Assembly: GCA_002705055.1 (NCBI GenBank)
Contig: PAHY01000042.1
Location: forward strand, 111,350 to 175,349
Direction of reading: 5' to 3'
DNA length: 64,000 nt
DNA from: Planctomycetota bacterium
Lineage (GTDB): Bacteria; Planctomycetota; UBA1135
Part shown: positions 60,664 to 64,000 of the stretch, piece by piece
Numbering within the stretch: the stretch's first letter is position 1
Layout: each line of letters begins with the position of its first letter
Program-made: the position numbers and the translations under genes
The notes under the pieces: model-generated
What the model was told of the DNA's origin: nothing
What the model saw: only the letters and a program-made list of their open reading frames with translations
Databases searched by the model: none

Positions 60664-61809
60664 CTAATCATCGTCCCCGTAGGCCCGCCTTTCAAATAGC
60701 GGCGCGGGCGCGGCCCCGGCCGAGAGCGCGACCCCCAGCAGCAGGCCCGAGACCGCCATCGAGCTGCCGCCCCAGGACACCATCGGCAGCGGCAGCCCCG
60801 TGGTCGGCCAGGCGCCGCTGGATACCCCCACGTTGAGGCAGAGGTGGGTCGCGAAGTGCACCCCGATCCCCGCCACGACCAGCCGGGTGAAGGGGTCGCG
60901 GTATCGGCTGGCCCGCACGAAGGCCGTGACCGGCAGCAGCGAGTACAGAAACAGGAAGGCGAGCGAGCCGAGGAAGCCAAACTCCTCGGCGATCACCGGG
61001 AAGATGAAGTCGTTGTGGCGCTCGGGGAGTCGGTCCAGCCGGTTCTCCGGCCCCTGCCCCCAGCCATGCCCGGTCCATCCGCCCGACCCGATGGCCAGCT
61101 TGGCATGCCAGAGGTGATAACCGGCGTCGGCGATCTCTTCTTCGCTGAGATGATCCTGCCGCCACCAGGTCTCGATTCGCTCGCGTTGATAATCCTGAAT
61201 CGCCAGGAAGGCGAATGGGGCCAGCAGCACCGGCAGGATGAAGAACCAGCGCATCACGCGGCCCGGCGTGCCGGCCAACCAGGCGAGCGCCAAGAACAGC
61301 GGGACGGTGCTGAGCGCGGTACCCAGATCCGGCTGGATCAGGATCAGACCGAAGGGGACGACGGTGAGCAGCGCCGGGGTGGTGAGCTCGGTCATCCGGC
61401 GCGGGCGCGGCCGCGAGGCGAACCAACGCGCCAGCGCCAGAATGATGCCGAGCTTGGCAAACTCACTAGGCTGCAGCTTGAAGCCGCCGCCGAGGTCAAT
61501 CCAGCGCCGGGCGTTGTTGGTCGAGTCGCCGATGACGAAGACCGAGAGCAGGAATCCGATGCAGCCGGCGTAGACCAGCCAGGCCTGACTGCGCCACAGC
61601 CGCGCGGGGATCGAGGCGCCGATCGCGCAGGTCACCCCGACCGCCGCCATCCGCACCATATGCCCCTTCGGCAGCGCGTCGGCGCCGCCGATGCTCCACT
61701 GCATGATCAGCCCAGCCAGCAGGATCATCCCCGTGACCGGCAGCAGCGGCCAGTCGGTGCGCTTCAGGAAGCGCCAGACTCGAACCGGGGGGGAACCGCT
61801 TGCCGCCAT
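60664..61809 (-). CDS. rodA: SEDS family peptidoglycan glycosyltransferase RodA
   Basis: ARRWIDLG, QPSEFAK, QPDLGT, AIGSGG, LPERHNDFIF, GLPLPMVSWGGSS. Confidence 0.9.
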   Translation of the reverse strand: MAASGSPPVRVWRFLKRTDWPLLPVTGMILLAGLIMQWSIGGADALPKGHMVRMAAVGVTCAIGASIPARLWRSQAWLVYAGCIGFLLSVFVIGDSTNNARRWIDLGGGFKLQPSEFAKLGIILALARWFASRPRPRRMTELTTPALLTVVPFGLILIQPDLGTALSTVPLFLALAWLAGTPGRVMRWFFILPVLLAPFAFLAIQDYQRERIETWWRQDHLSEEEIADAGYHLWHAKLAIGSGGWTGHGWGQGPENRLDRLPERHNDFIFPVIAEEFGFLGSLAFLFLYSLLPVTAFVRASRYRDPFTRLVVAGIGVHFATHLCLNVGVSSGAWPTTGLPLPMVSWGGSSMAVSGLLLGVALSAGAAPAPLFERRAYGDDD

Positions 61810-61815
61810 CGCCGG

Positions 61816-63585
61816 CTATTCGCCTTCGAGAATCAGCGTGAAAGGCGAAGGCAGATTGGAGGCGTTGTGGGTCCAGCGCATTTCCACTTCGGAAACGCCG
61901 GCCGTCTTCGGCTCGTAGATGACCGTGAACTCCAGCGCGTCGCCCGGATTGAGGCGCAACGGGCTAAGGCAGGAGTCATCGGCGACGCGCCGCATGACCG
62001 TCGCGATGTAGGGCTCGAAGTCGGGGTCGATCCGATTCAAGCCGCCGACGCAGGTGTGGCAATAACTCAGGATGGTGCCTTTGACGCAATCCCGCTGAGT
62101 CTGGCAGACCCCGAAGGCCTGCGAGCACTCATCGAAGGGCGGGCAATAGTCGTGGGTGTGCGCGGTCCCGAAGTTGTGACCGATCTCGTGCGCGACGACG
62201 ACGAAATCCCAGTAGCCGACGGCGCGGTCAAAGTCGAAGCTCGACCAGACGGCGCCGGTCGTGATCCCGGTGCTGACCCCAAAGCCGCCGGTGCGGCTGC
62301 ACAGAGTGCCGCTCTCGGAGTAGTAGGCGATCCCACCTTCGTTCATGCCGTTGCACAGCAGATGCCCCAGGTCCGCATCTGCGGCGGCACCCGGCCAGTT
62401 ATTGCCCCAGTGATCAGCAAACTCCTCGAGCAGGTCCTCGGCGGAGCCGGCGGTATCCGGAGCTACCCAGGGATCCGACTCGGTGTCGTAGAGCCGCAGG
62501 TAGACCATCTCGAGCTGCGTCTGAATGCGCTGCTGATAGCGATGCCCCACGGCCGCGACGAGCTGGGCGACGTAGGTCGTGGCCGCCGCGTTGTCGCCGA
62601 ACTGGTCGAAGAAGTCCTCGTCGGTCTCGAAGCCAAGCTGGCAACGGCGCACCGCACCCACGCTCGCGGCGAGGCCCTCGGAGTCGCCGTCACCGTCAGA
62701 GCCGGGCGACTGCAGGATGTCATCGCCCTCGGTGCCGCCGGTCCAGCCCGGCTCACGCACCGGCGGCGGAACGAGCCCGCATCGGAAGTCGCGCGCCGAT
62801 TGCGGCTCGACCGCCTGCAGGCTACTCAGCCTCCAGATGCGCTGGCGTGCCGCATCCCAACCCTGCACCGGATCCGGCTCGGTGCCCAGCAGGATGACCT
62901 CATCGTCGGTGTGCATCCAACCACGACTTCCGCGCGGCGAGAAGCTGAGGAAGACGGTGCTACCGGGATCTCCTACGACTTCGCCGGTCCAGGCGCTGAA
63001 CCCCGCGAGCACTTCCGTGACGGCGTCAGCCCAGACCTGGCCGTCGACCACCACCTGCGCGCCCGCGGCGAAGGGCGAGGGCAGCGGCCGCAGGATGAGG
63101 TCCGCGGTCTCGCCGTCCGGCATCGGAAAGGACGGGATCAGCCGCGGGCGGGCGTCGCGTTGCGCGGCCGCCGCCCACTGGCCGATGCTCGCAGCATCGG
63201 GCAGGAAGACCTCGCCAAAGACCGGGTCGCTGCTGAGCGGCGCGCCGGGGAAGCGCAGCTCACTCTCCGGCGGCGGCGAACCCGCGGTGAGGCTGGAGTA
63301 GTTGGACTCCGACAGCAGTTCGAAGTCGCGGACATCGAGTTCGTCGGTGGCCTCAAACAGCACCGGGTCCAGCCGCACCGAATCCGAACCGGAGTTCATG
63401 AAGCGGATGTTCAGCTCCTGGCCCGGCTGAATCCCTGTGATCCGATCGCCCGAGGAGTAGCCGCTGCCGCCAATCTCAATGTCGAGACTGGCGTTGGGGT
63501 TCTTCTTGCTGCCCCCGCCCCCACAGGCGGCCAAGCTGGCCGCGACAAGAAGGAAGGCGAACAATCGTGGCGGAGAACTCTGCAT
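61816..63585 (-). CDS. Reprolysin-like (M12B/metzincin) zinc metalloprotease lipoprotein
   Basis: Lipobox SLAAC, FRCG propeptide cysteine, HEIGHNFGTAH, GTILSYC. ATG at 63585. Confidence 0.85.
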   Translation of the reverse strand: MQSSPPRLFAFLLVAASLAACGGGGSKKNPNASLDIEIGGSGYSSGDRITGIQPGQELNIRFMNSGSDSVRLDPVLFEATDELDVRDFELLSESNYSSLTAGSPPPESELRFPGAPLSSDPVFGEVFLPDAASIGQWAAAAQRDARPRLIPSFPMPDGETADLILRPLPSPFAAGAQVVVDGQVWADAVTEVLAGFSAWTGEVVGDPGSTVFLSFSPRGSRGWMHTDDEVILLGTEPDPVQGWDAARQRIWRLSSLQAVEPQSARDFRCGLVPPPVREPGWTGGTEGDDILQSPGSDGDGDSEGLAASVGAVRRCQLGFETDEDFFDQFGDNAAATTYVAQLVAAVGHRYQQRIQTQLEMVYLRLYDTESDPWVAPDTAGSAEDLLEEFADHWGNNWPGAAADADLGHLLCNGMNEGGIAYYSESGTLCSRTGGFGVSTGITTGAVWSSFDFDRAVGYWDFVVVAHEIGHNFGTAHTHDYCPPFDECSQAFGVCQTQRDCVKGTILSYCHTCVGGLNRIDPDFEPYIATVMRRVADDSCLSPLRLNPGDALEFTVIYEPKTAGVSEVEMRWTHNASNLPSPFTLILEGE

Positions 63586-63586
63586 G

Positions 63587-64000
63587 TCAATCCTGGATCT
63601 CGTGGAAGTACGCACGAGCTTCTTCGGACGCGAGGAACTGATGGACAACCAAGTTGGCGATTTCCCCCCCGTGCAGCTGGACATTCTCGCACAAGACCGC
63701 GAAGGCGTATCGAGGCTCGTCCCACGGGAAGTAGCCGGCAAACCAGGCATGGGTCGGGTGAATCCGGCTGGGTTGTGAGGTCCCCGTTTTGCCCGCGACG
63801 CGAAACAGGTCAAGCCGGTAGCGTTCATCGAAGGCGGTTCCGGCCGGGTCCTCGGTGACAGCACGCAGCGCGCCCTGAATCTGTCGCTGGAAAACCGGGT
63901 CGAGGGGGACGCGGGCGGGCTCGGGCAGGGCCGGCGCCCCCCCGCCGCTGCGCAGGACCAGCCGCGGCGTGACCAGCTCGCCGGTGGCGAGCCAGCCATA
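63587..64000 (-). CDS. mrdA: Penicillin-binding protein 2 transpeptidase, C-terminal fragment (runs off the right edge)
   Basis: Not in the ORF track. Manual translation gives ...GTAF...VAGKTGTSQ...HAWFAGYFPWDEPRYAFAVLCE...HGGEIA...*, containing the KTGT motif of class B PBPs. Confidence 0.85.
   Translation of the reverse strand, partial: YGWLATGELVTPRLVLRSGGGAPALPEPARVPLDPVFQRQIQGALRAVTEDPAGTAFDERYRLDLFRVAGKTGTSQPSRIHPTHAWFAGYFPWDEPRYAFAVLCENVQLHGGEIANLVVHQFLASEEARAYFHEIQD

Noticed and set aside
60844-63858. 1004-aa plus-strand ORF
   Set aside because: Antisense to rodA, the protease and mrdA, with no recognisable domain.
63586-63999. N-terminal extension of the 727-aa protease ORF
   Set aside because: The region encodes the PBP2 C-terminus in another frame; the lipoprotein signal starts at 63585.

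Overview
A gene-dense, high-GC bacterial chromosome segment. It is most likely Planctomycetota, inferred from the purA-uppS-cdsA-phoH-ybeY order, a stand-alone FliA-type sigma factor, GspK/secretin genes and many lipoprotein/TPR genes; this is not proven. I saw no rRNA, tRNA, CRISPR array or intact mobile element. Contents in order: partial mutS2, cbs-cgl, HU, dtd, an MCE (mlaEFD) operon led by a Trp/Phe-repeat lipoprotein, typA, a propionyl-CoA carboxylase/epimerase cluster, valS, kdsA, fliA, ybeY-phoH-cdsA-uppS-purA, a mini-Skp/secretin/GspK trio, pnp-rpsO, Ig-like and TPR proteins, trkAH, a 9-gene arginine operon, tdh-kbl and rodA-protease-mrdA. The main finding is the arg operon (argR-argG-X-argC-argD-argF'-argB-argE-argH, preceded by tandem ARG boxes). 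It lacks argA/argJ and any GNAT gene, and instead carries a translationally coupled DUF1611/DgcN-like P-loop-fold gene X. Its ArgF' has Ala at the acetyl/succinyl specificity position. X is therefore a candidate non-homologous N-acyl (probably N-succinyl) glutamate synthase. Other highlights are a reprolysin-like protease nested in a split Ig domain between mrdA and rodA, widespread leaderless-type promoters, and a tentacle-less Skp beside a secretin.
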